Shown here piece after piece: positions 10,215 through 21,600 of a stretch of DNA of 64,000 nucleotides; within the stretch, counting starts at the first letter, position 1; each line of letters begins with the position of its first letter. This DNA comes from Carpediemonas membranifera BICM (lineage: Eukaryota; Protista; Fornicata). Position numbers and translations under genes: made by a program. The stretch spans positions 602,829 through 666,828 of the forward strand of contig JAHDYR010000005.1 of assembly GCA_019828565.1 (NCBI GenBank), read 5' to 3'. Below the pieces are notes generated by a model. It was not told the origin of the DNA. It searched no databases and was given only the letters and a program-made list of their open reading frames with translations.

Positions 10215-11063
10215 TCAGAAGCCCTGCAGACTGTCGTTGAGGAACTGCTCAGCGATGAGTCGCAGCGCCATGGGTTCGAGAGGGCCAAACTCCGAGACCA
10301 CGTCGCTCTTCTCGTATGCGAACTCGATGCGACTGATCTCGGGGTCCGCGAGCAGCTTCTCCATGTCGAAGTCAGGTGGCAGCAGGCCCTGAGCGGCCCC
10401 GGATTCCACGAAGTCGATAAACTGCTCCTTGGTCTCCTCGGGTCCATAATCGCCCGCATGCTGGCCGTATGTGCCGATGAGCTCACCGCGCCAGACGTAG
10501 CTGTCCTCTACCCGCATTACAAAGGCCATGATGAGCTTCATGTGGACCTGGGCGGGGGTCAGGCCCTTGTACCACCAGGACGGGTCGCCACTGCTGGCCT
10601 GCACCAGGGGAACATCCTTGGCCTTATGGATAGCGATGCCGCTCGTGCTTACCCTGGGCTTGAGGTCCTTCAGCATCATCGTAATCACGGGGTATGTCTT
10701 AGTGGCGCTCGCGGGGAGGGCGCTGAGGATATCATACGCCTCCTTGTAGCTCGAACGCTTGTCCAGGATGATGGCAAGGCGGACCTGGGCTTTGAGGTTA
10801 TCCGCCTGCACCGCAAGGCACTCGCGGACATCCTTCTCGGCCATCGGGAAGTCCTTGCGGAGAAGATAGAGTTGGGACCGGTTAAGGTACAACGTTGCCT
10901 TCAGATCATCGTCAGGGCACACCTTAATGCCGTCAGAGTAGTGCTTGAGCGCCAGGTCGAATCTCTTCTGCGCATAGGCCTTGTTTCCCTTTTCCTTCAA
11001 GGAAAATGCGAGAACGACGTCACTCTGGGCTGAATCGTCAGGGAGCTGAACTGGCTGCGACAT
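10215..11063 (-). CDS. TPR-repeat protein with a C-terminal domain resembling the uncharacterised domain that follows MYND fingers in fungal SamB-like proteins
   Basis: LKEKGNKAYAQKRFDLALKHYSDGI...LYLNRSQ TPR triplet. C-terminal FVMRVEDSY...GLLPP...EKSDV...PMALRLIAE. The ATG at 11063 lies just outside the repeat. Confidence 0.8.
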   Translation of the reverse strand: MSQPVQLPDDSAQSDVVLAFSLKEKGNKAYAQKRFDLALKHYSDGIKVCPDDDLKATLYLNRSQLYLLRKDFPMAEKDVRECLAVQADNLKAQVRLAIILDKRSSYKEAYDILSALPASATKTYPVITMMLKDLKPRVSTSGIAIHKAKDVPLVQASSGDPSWWYKGLTPAQVHMKLIMAFVMRVEDSYVWRGELIGTYGQHAGDYGPEETKEQFIDFVESGAAQGLLPPDFDMEKLLADPEISRIEFAYEKSDVVSEFGPLEPMALRLIAEQFLNDSLQGF

Positions 11064-11071
11064 TAATGCGG

Positions 11072-12403
11072 CTGATCGAGGGATGCAGATGAGACGTCCT
11101 TGCGCAGGATTGCGTCCGAGTCGCCACGAGTGAGTTGCGTGGCGGGGACAGTAACAACGCGCCCTAGACCAAGCCGATCGACGTCCCATGCCGTTTCTGA
11201 GAGGTGGAATGCTCGCGCGAGTGACAGCGACCTCGAACGCCTGCCCAGCGTGCAAAACCATGACACGCCCGCACGCCGATAAACAGCCTTACTCCCGCAC
11301 ATTCCACACGCAAACAGAATCACTCGGTGCCGACGCATGCCCAGCTCCTGTCACAGGACCATCACTGGCACCTGCGCGCGCCGATCAATGTGCACTTTAG
11401 GTCACACTTCGAAACGCATCGGCAGGTGTCGGAGCCGTTTCGGACCTGACCGGATCGCGAGACGAGGATTTACCCGGGTCTGTCATAAGAGCTCGGGGAA
11501 GCCACCCGAAGTAAATACTCGCCCCCCCCCCATTTTGGTTGGACTTAAGAGGAGGGCTCTCTGTTATAGAGCCACACTTTGTGGACCGCACGCCGCGCCA
11601 CAGGACGGCAAAAGCTCTCGTCGCCTCGCGCTCAGCACTGCCGTCCCAGTTGCCACCGCCCTCGGGGCCTGCTGGCTGCTGTGTTCCCACCCTCGCCCGA
11701 TCCAGCCCTCACCATCGACCTGGGGCCGCCGATTCCTCGCGCGGTACCATGCCGAAGGGCTGCTCAACTGGGACAGTGCCTTCCACACGCTCAACTTCGT
11801 TCGCTGCGGCCACGATTGCTCGTTGACAGCGTATAGCCGGCCAGATGCTATGCCGGCTGGCGCGGTGGGCGGAGGTGTGCGCGGCGCGGAGACACGCGGG
11901 GGCAGCATTATCGCACAGCCAGGCGTCGAAGGGTGCGGCAGGAGGCGGGCGGGGCCGGCAGACCGCCTGCTGCGCGGCTGCACCCGCCGCTGTGGCGTGG
12001 CCTTTCCTGGCAAAACGCCGATCGTGCGCATGAGAAGGCAGGACGCGGCGGAAGGCTGGCACTGCACCAATAGACGTTGACTGCTCGCGTGCAGCGGCCA
12101 TCTAACGGGGCACTCGCTGTATCCTGCTCAGCGCCTTCACGAACGCCTCTGCGAACGCGCCCTGACACGACAGAACTGCCCGCAGCCGGAATAACCGACA
12201 GAAAATGCTTTTGCTCAGACTATACACGCTCATGAGGGTTGCACGTACCGTGAACCGCGTCCACGCGCTCCCCGGCAAGCTTCGTCGCCGCCGATGAGGC
12301 TGGCACACGACCTCAACAGTAAACAGCGCTTTGCGATGGCTCATGTGTGCTCTATGCCGCTTTCTGGTGGCCACAGCAGCAGAAATGCGGCGCAAGTGGG
12401 TCG
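11072..12403 (-). repeat. 1.09-kb repeat, copy 2 (inverted), interrupted by a 240-bp insertion
   Basis: Reverse complement of 5867-6959, with the extra segment 11346-11585. Confidence 0.9.
11346..11585 (+). mobile_element. Solo A-B terminal-repeat remnant of the YR retrotransposon
   Basis: Matches 3228-3464 apart from one substitution and a longer C-run. Comparison with the empty site in repeat copy 1 shows a clean insertion at cccagc|ccgcac with no TSD. Confidence 0.9.
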
Positions 12404-12457
12404 AGATTGGCTAAGCGTTTACAAGGTGCATCAAGCTAGGCTCTAGGGGCCAATAAA

Positions 12458-13204
12458 CTACACGTTATCGCGGAGGAGCTGCTCCACACGGGCCAGCTCT
12501 GCGTCCCCCAGCCCCACCGACGCCCTGCTGCGACCAGCGCTACCCCCGCTGGCCTCAGCGAACCAGGGCGACACGATGATGCTACCGATTGGGTTCCACA
12601 GGAACGCATAGGCCCGCTCGTCAATGGAGATGACGCGATCGTACCCCAGGGGGTTGAACATGCTCGTAGGCTTGATAAAGTGCGACCGCAGGCCGGCCTT
12701 GGTGAGGCGTCGGTGTCGGATTGCGAAGGTCCGATCGAGTGTCGCGATCACGTTGTTGCCCGAATCACCGAACACACACCGCACCGCCGTGGCCAGTGCA
12801 TCCGCGTTGAGGGTCGACCAGACCGCGATGTCGAACCCCAGCTCGCCGAGTGCCGTTAGCAGCTGGTCGACCCCGGGCCTGAGGGCGGGGGGCTGCTGGG
12901 TCGGGTCCAGGAGGACGTGGCGGACCTCGAGGACGGCCAACTTGGTCGAGGCCTTCTTCTGCAGGATGGACTGCTGTTCGATCATTACTCGGAACTGCTT
13001 ACTGCGGGGACCAAAGCCCGAGTCGTTCGTCGGGCGGGGGGCAGGGAAGCAGTGTTCCAGCCGCTCCACGAAATGGATGTCGGGCTCATCGTTGAACGTC
13101 ACACTGCGGGTGCGGCGTAGTTCGCACTTGCTCTGCTTTTCTGCACTCTTTCGTGGTTCGCTGTTCGAAGGGGCCTTCAGAATCGAGTTCATCTCTTTCC
13201 CCAT
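12458..13204 (-). CDS. NIF/FCP1-SCP family HAD phosphatase-like protein, probably catalytically inactive
   Basis: LRPGVDQLL...FDIAVWST, FIKP and RVISIDE...NPIGSIIVSPWF match the NIF fold. The DxDxT motif is replaced by EVRHV. Confidence 0.78.
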   Translation of the reverse strand: MGKEMNSILKAPSNSEPRKSAEKQSKCELRRTRSVTFNDEPDIHFVERLEHCFPAPRPTNDSGFGPRSKQFRVMIEQQSILQKKASTKLAVLEVRHVLLDPTQQPPALRPGVDQLLTALGELGFDIAVWSTLNADALATAVRCVFGDSGNNVIATLDRTFAIRHRRLTKAGLRSHFIKPTSMFNPLGYDRVISIDERAYAFLWNPIGSIIVSPWFAEASGGSAGRSRASVGLGDAELARVEQLLRDNV

Positions 13205-13491
13205 GCGATTATTGCTGTTGATTGTTTCGCGTTGCGGTCTCTCAGCGCTATCTGTAGCAGATTCCCATGCGAACTGTGAGTCCAGCTTACAGCGGTGCCG
13301 TGACTGAGCAAGATGAGACTGTAAACAGCACTATTACGAGCATAAGGCCCGTTCAAAGGAGATGTAGTGTCAAATGGGCCCACAGGCACCCATCACCATG
13401 TCCAACGTTCTGAACCATAAGCGGAACTCGCCCGCTGAGTGGATCAATTTGAACCTCAAGCACAGTATAAAGGCAACACTTACCGCATTGT

Positions 13492-16308
13492 TTACCGCGC
13501 CTTGCGCTTACCAGGCCCCACAGCCTCCTTCTCGGCGACCCTGGTCCGGCTGATGGCGTGCATCGCCCGGAGCCCGGCGACGTTGACCCCGACAGTCTCG
13601 CGGCGTCGGGCCAGCTGTGCCCGACCCGCCTTCTGGATGTCATTGAGCAGCTTGCGGGTGTCGTCGTTGAGTCTAAACTGCTCCTGGTGGTGTTGCAGCA
13701 TCATGAGCACCATGACCAGGCCGGGCTCGACCCCGGACCCGGCCCGCACCCAGTCCAGCACGTACTGCAGCACAGAGGTGGCCAGACCGAGGGGGAGGTG
13801 GCTGATGACCGTCTCCCGGTTGGCCGGCGTGATCTGATCCCATCGGAACCGGACGTACCCGGCCGGGGACCGGCCTAGGAGTATAGGCGAGTCCATGTCC
13901 CCTGAGGCTACAAGAGCGTCGGCCTGCTGGATGCTCTCCTGGAAGATGTCGGACGCATCGAGGGACGAGATGTTGTCGACACGCACCCGGGCCGCGAACT
14001 GCCCCACCGCACGCAGCCCGCCGACTGCCCGCTTCCGCATCTCCTCCTCCTCCTCGAGGGCCTGCTGCTCGAGCCTCAGGTCGTCCAGGACGACGGGAGT
14101 CTCCGACTCCACCCAGAGTCGAATAGACCGGTCCTCGCCGGCCGTGACGACGACGCGGCCCGTGTGGAGGACGGTCATCGCACGGACGGGGGCGTCGTGG
14201 CCGTACAGCCGCTGGTACTCGGTGAACCCGTCGGCGTCCCACAGCCGGAGCACGCCCTCGCCCCCGGCCGACGCGACGTGGTGGGTGCCAGGGAGGAAGC
14301 AGACCGCGAACACGGCCTTGAGGGCGTTGAACGACTTGAGACACTCACCCGTGCGGGGGTCCCACAGGTTGACCCGACGATCCTGCGACCCGGTCGCCAG
14401 CAGGTCCCCGTCGCTGCTGTAGTCCATCGCCTGCACCGGCGTCGTCTGCCGGCCGTACAGCGTCAGACGGGGCTGTAGACTGGTCACGCCGTCCTCCTCG
14501 ACCGGGGCGGCGATACGGACGGTGCCGTCGAGCAGGGCGATGGCGACGGCACCCCTACTGGATACAGCGAGGGCCGTCACGGGGTCGGTCACGCGGTACT
14601 CCCACGCCAGCGCCAGGCCGTGTGTCTCGACGCCCTTGTGCACGCGACGCTCGACCACCCACTTCCGGACGCTGTTGTCGGCACTCCCGCTGACGAACCC
14701 GTCCGCGGTGGGAACGAGAGAGCTGACCCTGCCGTTGTGGGCCTTGCCATCGTCCAGGGGCCAGACGGTGTCGAGGGTCGCGGCGCTGACGAGACGCACG
14801 TGGCCCTCCTCGAACCCCACCGCAACGTGGGACGAGTCAGGGGTGAAGGCGACGTTGAGCGCCTTGCCGGAGCTGAACGAGACGGTTCCCCTCAGCCGGC
14901 CGAGCCCCGTGTCGCCGAGGGACCACAGCCGCAGTTCCCGGGCGCTGATCGTCGCGGCCAGCGTGCCCTGGGGCGCGACGGCCACACCACTGATGGTGGC
15001 ACGGTGACCCTGTCGGGAGAGCCCATCGAGGTCGGTCTCCTCGAAGTCCAGGCGCCTGTCGCCGTCCTCCTCGACCTCCTCCACCTGCAGCCGCTGGTTC
15101 TTGGTGATCTTAAAGTGCACCGTCGTTCTTGTGACGCTGTTGCGGTCAGTGGCGAGGTAGGCGGTGGCGGTCGCACGCTGATGCCTCATGACCATCGTCG
15201 TCGCCGCCCCGTTCAGCTTCTCTCTCGTCTCCAGCTTCAACCGGCGGCCGGGCGCGGGGTCGATAAGCCCAGCCTCCGCCTCGTCCAGCAGCTCGCTGTC
15301 GGGCCGGGCGTCGTCCGGGCGGCGTGTGACCTTGGGGTCGACGAGCTGCAGCAGGTCCAGCCCCTGTTCCCGTGTCACAGAGAGCAGGGTGGCGGGGCCG
15401 GCACCGCTGACGGCCATGGCCACGACCCTGCCGCTGCTGAGGGTGCAGGGGACGGGCATGACGTCGACAATGGCCCCTGCCCTCTCTGGGGCGTCGTCCA
15501 GCGTGGACCGGGCCCGCTTGGCCGAGGCGGGGAGCTCGATGCGGTGGAGCTGCAGGTCCCTGTCGGTCTCGCTGCCGGTGAGCACGTAATGGCGGGTGTG
15601 GTGGGTCTGGACGTCCTTCCCGCCCCTCTTGGAGTTGACCGTGAACCGGGCTGTGAACACCGCGGCCGCAGTAACCCCGCTCATGTGCACAGTGGCCTTG
15701 GTGGCGACACACCGCTCGGGCTGAACCGCAATGTCCCACAGCTTGAGGGCGCGGTCCCGGGAGCCGCTAAGGATCGTCGTCGGCGTCACGAAGCGCACCA
15801 CATGCACCTTGTCGGTGTGGCCGACGAGTCTAGCCTGCCCAGGCTGGTCTGGGTTGCCTAGGTCCCACAGAATGATGTCGCCATTCATAGAGGCCGACAC
15901 CAGGCGGGTCCCGTCGGGGGAGAACGCGAGGTCCAGCACCCGGGAGACGTGCATCGAGAACAAGTGACGTTCCTCAAAGCAGAAACCACACGCATTGTCG
16001 CTGGGCGTGGCCTCAACCATCCTGATCGTGCCTCGGTCATAGCCAACGGCGAAAAGGGCGTTCGAATCACTCTTGGGGTCACTTGGAAGCCACATACGAA
16101 CAATAGAGACAGTCTCACGCCCCTCTGAGAAACTGGCAACCTCTGTAGAAGTCTGCAGGTCCCAGGCAATCAACTTCTTGAGCGCACCGGTCACCAGAAA
16201 TGACTTCTTCGCCTTACCTTCACCCCGTGTGTACAGACAGGGATTAGACGAAGAAACGACGCCAAACTCATCCTCTTGAGCGAAGCTCAAGTACTGTCTG
16301 GCCACCAT
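13492..16308 (-). CDS. WDR3: WD40 SSU-processome protein Utp12/Dip2/WDR3
   Basis: N-terminal MVARQYLSF...FGVVSS, many WD40 repeats, DRSIRLW...PVVL-D/E-rich block and a Utp12-type C-terminal domain. Confidence 0.85.
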   Translation of the reverse strand: MVARQYLSFAQEDEFGVVSSSNPCLYTRGEGKAKKSFLVTGALKKLIAWDLQTSTEVASFSEGRETVSIVRMWLPSDPKSDSNALFAVGYDRGTIRMVEATPSDNACGFCFEERHLFSMHVSRVLDLAFSPDGTRLVSASMNGDIILWDLGNPDQPGQARLVGHTDKVHVVRFVTPTTILSGSRDRALKLWDIAVQPERCVATKATVHMSGVTAAAVFTARFTVNSKRGGKDVQTHHTRHYVLTGSETDRDLQLHRIELPASAKRARSTLDDAPERAGAIVDVMPVPCTLSSGRVVAMAVSGAGPATLLSVTREQGLDLLQLVDPKVTRRPDDARPDSELLDEAEAGLIDPAPGRRLKLETREKLNGAATTMVMRHQRATATAYLATDRNSVTRTTVHFKITKNQRLQVEEVEEDGDRRLDFEETDLDGLSRQGHRATISGVAVAPQGTLAATISARELRLWSLGDTGLGRLRGTVSFSSGKALNVAFTPDSSHVAVGFEEGHVRLVSAATLDTVWPLDDGKAHNGRVSSLVPTADGFVSGSADNSVRKWVVERRVHKGVETHGLALAWEYRVTDPVTALAVSSRGAVAIALLDGTVRIAAPVEEDGVTSLQPRLTLYGRQTTPVQAMDYSSDGDLLATGSQDRRVNLWDPRTGECLKSFNALKAVFAVCFLPGTHHVASAGGEGVLRLWDADGFTEYQRLYGHDAPVRAMTVLHTGRVVVTAGEDRSIRLWVESETPVVLDDLRLEQQALEEEEEMRKRAVGGLRAVGQFAARVRVDNISSLDASDIFQESIQQADALVASGDMDSPILLGRSPAGYVRFRWDQITPANRETVISHLPLGLATSVLQYVLDWVRAGSGVEPGLVMVLMMLQHHQEQFRLNDDTRKLLNDIQKAGRAQLARRRETVGVNVAGLRAMHAISRTRVAEKEAVGPGKRKAR

Positions 16309-16461
16309 TTCCCTTTCGCGCAGATTAAGACCCATGTCGATGATCCGGGCCGAAAACGCGTTTACCGCATGTGTTGGGGGCAGCCAGTGCCCCATCTTCC
16401 CCGTTGGGTGGCCTGCAGACATTTTTGGGCGAAATCCTTGGTAGTTCAAACACAACGAACA

Positions 16462-18624
16462 ATGAATGAAAAGGCCTCCAGCTCGCACGTGACGCCTGTA
16501 ATGAGGTCACTTAGCGTTATAACTGAAGGACCGATGCGCCGTAGATCGATTTCGCCGGCGCCGAAGAGTGCCACAGATCAGTCCCACGCCAAGTTTTCCC
16601 TATCCGCCAGCTCCTCGTCTGAAATGCGGCGTAACAGCACGGCAGCGATGCTCCAGCAGCTGCGAAGGAACAGCATGCTTATGACCGGCGTGATCAGCCC
16701 GTCAGCGAGGTCTGAGACGCCCCAGAGCGACGTGCCCCAGAGCCCTGTCCAAGAGGAGCTCCACTCCGACAACGACGGCGACAACCTCGCAGAGGAGAGC
16801 AAGGTACGCGAGGCAGTGCGGGCGTCGATCGAGGGTCTGCGGGAGAAGGACAAGCGGGCGAACCCGTACACGAAGCTCGTCGGCACTCTGGGCGAGGGGG
16901 GAACGAAGGCCAGTACTCTGGTGGCCCTCAGCACCCTGCAGGCCTCAGACTTCACCCAGAGCCGCAACCAAGCACTGTTCCTGCATGCGGATGGGCTGAA
17001 GCGACTGGTCCGCATGATCGGGTCGAGTGACGACGTCAAGGCAAGGGTCGAGGCCCTTACCCTCATGGCCGCACTGGCCCAGACGCCTGAGATGCGGACT
17101 TCCATCATCGACCAGGACGGCATGGAGACCGTCGTGGCGCTGCTGGGGGACGAGCGGACTCCCGCCCCCGTCATCGATAGGGCCTTGGCCGTGACGGCAG
17201 AGTGTGCCGTGCAGCACAGCCTGCGCCGCGAGGTCCGCCTGAAACATGGCCTACCCCTCGTGCTCGGATTCCTCAAGCCCAAGTCGAAGCGCCATGCCAC
17301 GCTGCCCCTCGAGGCGTCCCGGGCGATGGCGGCGCTGCTCGAGTCCAAGGCCAACCGGTCTGTGGTGATCGGGCTGGGCGGGGTGGCTACGATCACGGGG
17401 CTGGCCAACGGGGCCATGCATGACCTCACAGACGAGCGGAAGCAGGTCGTCGCCCACTGCATGCGGTGTCTGCGCCAGTTCATCGTGACCCACCCCGACG
17501 CCCTCTCCTCCACCGCTGTCAGCGACACCGTGCTCAGCGTGCTCAGTCAGGTCGACTACCCCCCGGCCCTCGAGCACGCTGCGGCCCTCATGGCCGACCT
17601 CTCGAAGCACACCGAGGTCCAGGGCATCGTACACCGCAGCAAGGGCGTGTCGTCGCTGTGCAGGCTGGTTGACCGGCCCGGCCCCCTGACGTCCCAGGCG
17701 CTGACGGCGCTGACCCACCTCGCCGAGTACCCGCCCAACCGGAAGGCCATGATCCAGAACAAGCTGCCCCCCACCCTCGCCTCCCTGCTCAAGCACCACG
17801 ACGAGGTGCTCGTCGGCAACGCCGCGCTGCTAATCTCCGCGCTCGCCCAGAACGAGGAGGGCCGGAACGCCATCAAGCGGTCCGGCAGCCTCTCGATGCT
17901 CGTCGGCCACCTCAAGGCGATCAACCCAAAGCTCCTCAGCGACGTCTCGACTGCCCTGGCAACGATGGGACGCGACCCAAAGGCTGCCGACGAGATCGTC
18001 AAGGCGGACGGCATCCGGCTGCTGTGGTCCCTGCTGAAGATGGAGGACCCCGCTGTCGTCGCCGCAGCGGCCTCTGCCCTCGTGCCGCTGCTCGAGCCCG
18101 TCGCCCGCAGCGCCATGGTCGGCCGCACCTTCCACGGCGGGCCCTTCATCGTGGCTTCGTTGTTCAAGAGCACGAACGAGGCCGTGCTGGGCTATGCCTG
18201 CGCCCTCGTGTCGCAGCTGGTGAAGGACCCTGAGAACTGCCTGATCATGACCGAGCTTGGGGTTATTGATGATCTCTGCAGATTGGTCCGTATCACAAAA
18301 TCTGATCTGATACGGCAGCATGCGGCGAATGCTCTGGGCTATATGGCCGATTCTGGGTCTAACCGCGAGTACATCGGCCAGCAGGACGTGCTGCAGCCGC
18401 TGGTCCGCTTCCTCACGGACACAGCAGACGAGGCGGTTCACAGGGCAACCGCCCACGCCCTCAGCAGCCTCGCGTCGAACGCGGACAACGCCATGGTGCT
18501 GCGGGACGTCGGGGCGCACATCCCGCTGGTGAAGCTGATGGCGTGCGACGACGAGGTCGCCCAGATGGCGGCGGCCGACGCTGTGCGGCAGCTCAGGATC
18601 CACTACGTCGCCAGGATGCACTAA
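16462..18624 (+). CDS. ODAD2: Armadillo-repeat outer dynein arm docking protein, ODAD2/ARMC4-like
   Basis: ARM repeats. DGIRLLWSLLK...MVGRTFHGG...KDPENCLIMTELGV resembles the ARMC4 C-terminal block. Confidence 0.75.
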   Translation: MNEKASSSHVTPVMRSLSVITEGPMRRRSISPAPKSATDQSHAKFSLSASSSSEMRRNSTAAMLQQLRRNSMLMTGVISPSARSETPQSDVPQSPVQEELHSDNDGDNLAEESKVREAVRASIEGLREKDKRANPYTKLVGTLGEGGTKASTLVALSTLQASDFTQSRNQALFLHADGLKRLVRMIGSSDDVKARVEALTLMAALAQTPEMRTSIIDQDGMETVVALLGDERTPAPVIDRALAVTAECAVQHSLRREVRLKHGLPLVLGFLKPKSKRHATLPLEASRAMAALLESKANRSVVIGLGGVATITGLANGAMHDLTDERKQVVAHCMRCLRQFIVTHPDALSSTAVSDTVLSVLSQVDYPPALEHAAALMADLSKHTEVQGIVHRSKGVSSLCRLVDRPGPLTSQALTALTHLAEYPPNRKAMIQNKLPPTLASLLKHHDEVLVGNAALLISALAQNEEGRNAIKRSGSLSMLVGHLKAINPKLLSDVSTALATMGRDPKAADEIVKADGIRLLWSLLKMEDPAVVAAAASALVPLLEPVARSAMVGRTFHGGPFIVASLFKSTNEAVLGYACALVSQLVKDPENCLIMTELGVIDDLCRLVRITKSDLIRQHAANALGYMADSGSNREYIGQQDVLQPLVRFLTDTADEAVHRATAHALSSLASNADNAMVLRDVGAHIPLVKLMACDDEVAQMAAADAVRQLRIHYVARMH

Positions 18625-18672
18625 TTACTGACTAAATATCGGATAGGCACCGTATTTACTATGCGGGTCGAC

Positions 18673-21600
18673 TCACTCGACGGTCTCTGCCATCTCTATG
18701 GCGGCCCACTCGATCTCTGGCAGCTCGACCAGCTCTCCAAGGTCTGCGACGAGCGTCCTGAGTCCCTTCACACACTCGACGTGGAAGGGAACACGATCGG
18801 GCGGGACGATGGCCTTGCCGACCTTGAGCGTCTCGAAGGACACCGTGACGAGCTCCACCAACCGAGTCTTGAGGTCAGCAAGCCTCTCATCCCCGTCAGG
18901 AGACTTCAGGAACGCCCTCGCCGTCTCCGCCGGCCCGGCGTTGACCTGGACCCGGACGGACCCTGCGACGATGATCTGGAGCGAGTCGATCTCTGGGGGC
19001 TCGCGTTCAGCCTCGCCCCGCAGCTTAGCGATCTGTGCCTCAAGCGTGCTGATGGACGTCTGGAGGGGGTCGATCGTCAGCGAGAACTTCGCCTCTACGA
19101 CAGACCGCTTGCTGATGGCCGGCAGCGACACGGTCGTGCGTAGCACGGTGAGGATCGACCCTAGATTACTCGGGGTGGCAGTTGACAGCTTGCCACCACC
19201 GACGACGTAGGGGTTCTCGTAGAAGAAGTGCGTCACGCCCGTCTTGGCCTCGAACGCGTTCCGGGGCTGCGGAATGGTGGTCCCGTCGACAGTGCCGAAA
19301 AAGGGCTTGACTGTCGTCAGCTGGAGATAGGCTTTGTCGGGGTCGAGCTCAGCGGGGTTGAGCGGCTTGCCCTCGGTCACCATGACCAGTTTGGGACCAA
19401 GCTGCTGCCCCCAGAAGTCCTGCAAACGGCCCTTGATCTCCGGCAGCCGGCACAGGCCGGACTCGCGGTATATGTACTCCTTGCCGTCGTTGAGGGGTCC
19501 GAAGGCCGCGCCGAAGAAGCCAACGCGGTAGAACGTGCCGATCGGCCGCTCGCCGTGCAGCCCCGCGACCGCCCGGATGTGCGTGGCGACGCCGACGAGG
19601 TCCGTCTGGACGCGGACGAGCTCGTCGAAGCGGCCGAAGTGCATGCAGAGCTGGGCGGCCGTCGTCAGCACCGTGTGGGCGAACTCGTACAGCTGGCTGT
19701 CCGAGAACCGGCGTGCGGCCTGGGACAGCAGGGCCACGACGGTGCCCTCGTCCGAGCCCTCGCTCAGGAGCTGGGCGTCCGCCTCGAGCTGCACGGGCAT
19801 GTCGGGGACAACGGGAGAAAGGTGCCGCCGCAGGGCCTCCGCCAGGCTGAGCTCGTCCCCGAAGGCGCTCATGGCGGGCGGAGCGGGCACGGAAAGCATC
19901 TCCGCGGTGAGGGCGGCGACGTACAGTACCGCGATGCCAGCCTCGACCATGGGGCGCTTTGTAGTGACCTCGAGGTGGCGGTTGAGCTCGTCCTCGGGCA
20001 TCTTGGCGATCTTCTCGAGCTCGGCGGCGGTCGGAGTCGGGTCGAGGTGCTCGACGAGCATGTTAAGGTTGGCTGCCCTCAGGGCTGGGGTCGCGCTGTA
20101 CCCATCCGCGATCCTCAGATACATGTCGGCCAGCGTCTCCGGGTCTTGGGCGCCGCCGCTCTCGACGACGACCGTATCGTGGACGATGGTGGCGAGGGTC
20201 TCCGTCATTGACCGCACGGCCGCCTGGAACAGCGGGTGATTGGGCAGCTTCGTGTCGACCTCGCTGTACGCCGACAGCGCTGCGAAGCTGGCCCGGACTT
20301 GGTCGTCCGCGTCCGTGATGAGGCTGCTGAGGGCACTGAGGCCTGTGATCATCTGGAACTTGACGCGGTTGATCTGCCGCATCTCACGGTAGTTGCCCCG
20401 CACCAGCGTGTACAGCAGCTGCACGCCGGCCCGACGGTGGTCTGCTGACTTCGACCCCAGTAGCCGCAGTCCCACGCCAACCAGCGTCCGGGTGTACTCA
20501 GCACCCGCACCCCGGAAGAGCTGATCACTGGCGACGTCGCACAGCTGCTGGATGAGGATGGGCAGACGTCGGGCTGCGATGTCGGATAGCTCGGCACCGG
20601 CGACGACGCAAACAGTGTCCAGCACGACCGTGGCGACGGCGGGGGTGGCCATGGCGGGGCCTGTAGCAGTGAGGATCTCGGACATCACGTGCATCACGCT
20701 CAGCAGCGCCTCGCCCGCGGGGGACTCGGTGCGGTCCGCGGGGACAAGCGCCCCGTTGACGGTGCCCATCTGGGTCGTGTGCATCGAGAGCGTCGGCCGG
20801 GACTGCTTGCTAGACCTCGACCCCCGCAGTGTGGACTGGGAGCCGCGGGAGAGTGTGCCGCGGCCCCGGACCATGTTTCGGTACTTGGCCTCGAGCTCGG
20901 CCTTGGCGTCAAGGGCTGCTGGTACGCCGTCGCCGATCCGTGACTCGCGCTTGACGGCCTGCTGCCTGCTGTAGGAGAAGAGGCGGACGCTGTCTGTGAG
21001 GATTCGGGAGACGGATGCGAGCTGGGCTGGGCTGGCCTGTGCCAGCGTGTCCCAGAGCAGTTGCTGCTCGATGCTTGTCAGGATCCACAGGGCGGACTGC
21101 AAAACCAGCTCCTGCGACTCCACTAACGACTGCGAGATGTCCCGAGCAAAGGCCGTCGTATAGTGGTCCAGAATGGTCAACAGGATCGGGTAGAAGAGCG
21201 TCGCCACGCTCGCCTTGAGCGGCAGCATCACGATGTCGTTGCCGTAGCGGACGTCCGCGCGATGCAGCACCTCGTGGAGCAGGTGGGCGCTGCCCAGACG
21301 GACTGTGGTCTTCGTCGACAGCAAACCCCTCTTGACCTCCTCGGCCAGGATTCCGGGCAGCCTCTGGTCCTGAGAGAGCACGGAGACGGCGTTCCTGACG
21401 GACACGACGGCGCCCTTGACTTTGGTGTGCCCGAGCCGGAGGGGCACCGGGTGAGACAGCTGGACGAGCAGGGGGTGGCTGAATATGACGCGGAGGAATT
21501 CAGACCGGGAGTCGCTGATACCAGACGCCTCTCCGTCGTCCCAGACACCGCGTTGGTTGAGGACGTCCGCGATGAGGCCGAAGATCTTGCCGTGGTCGCA

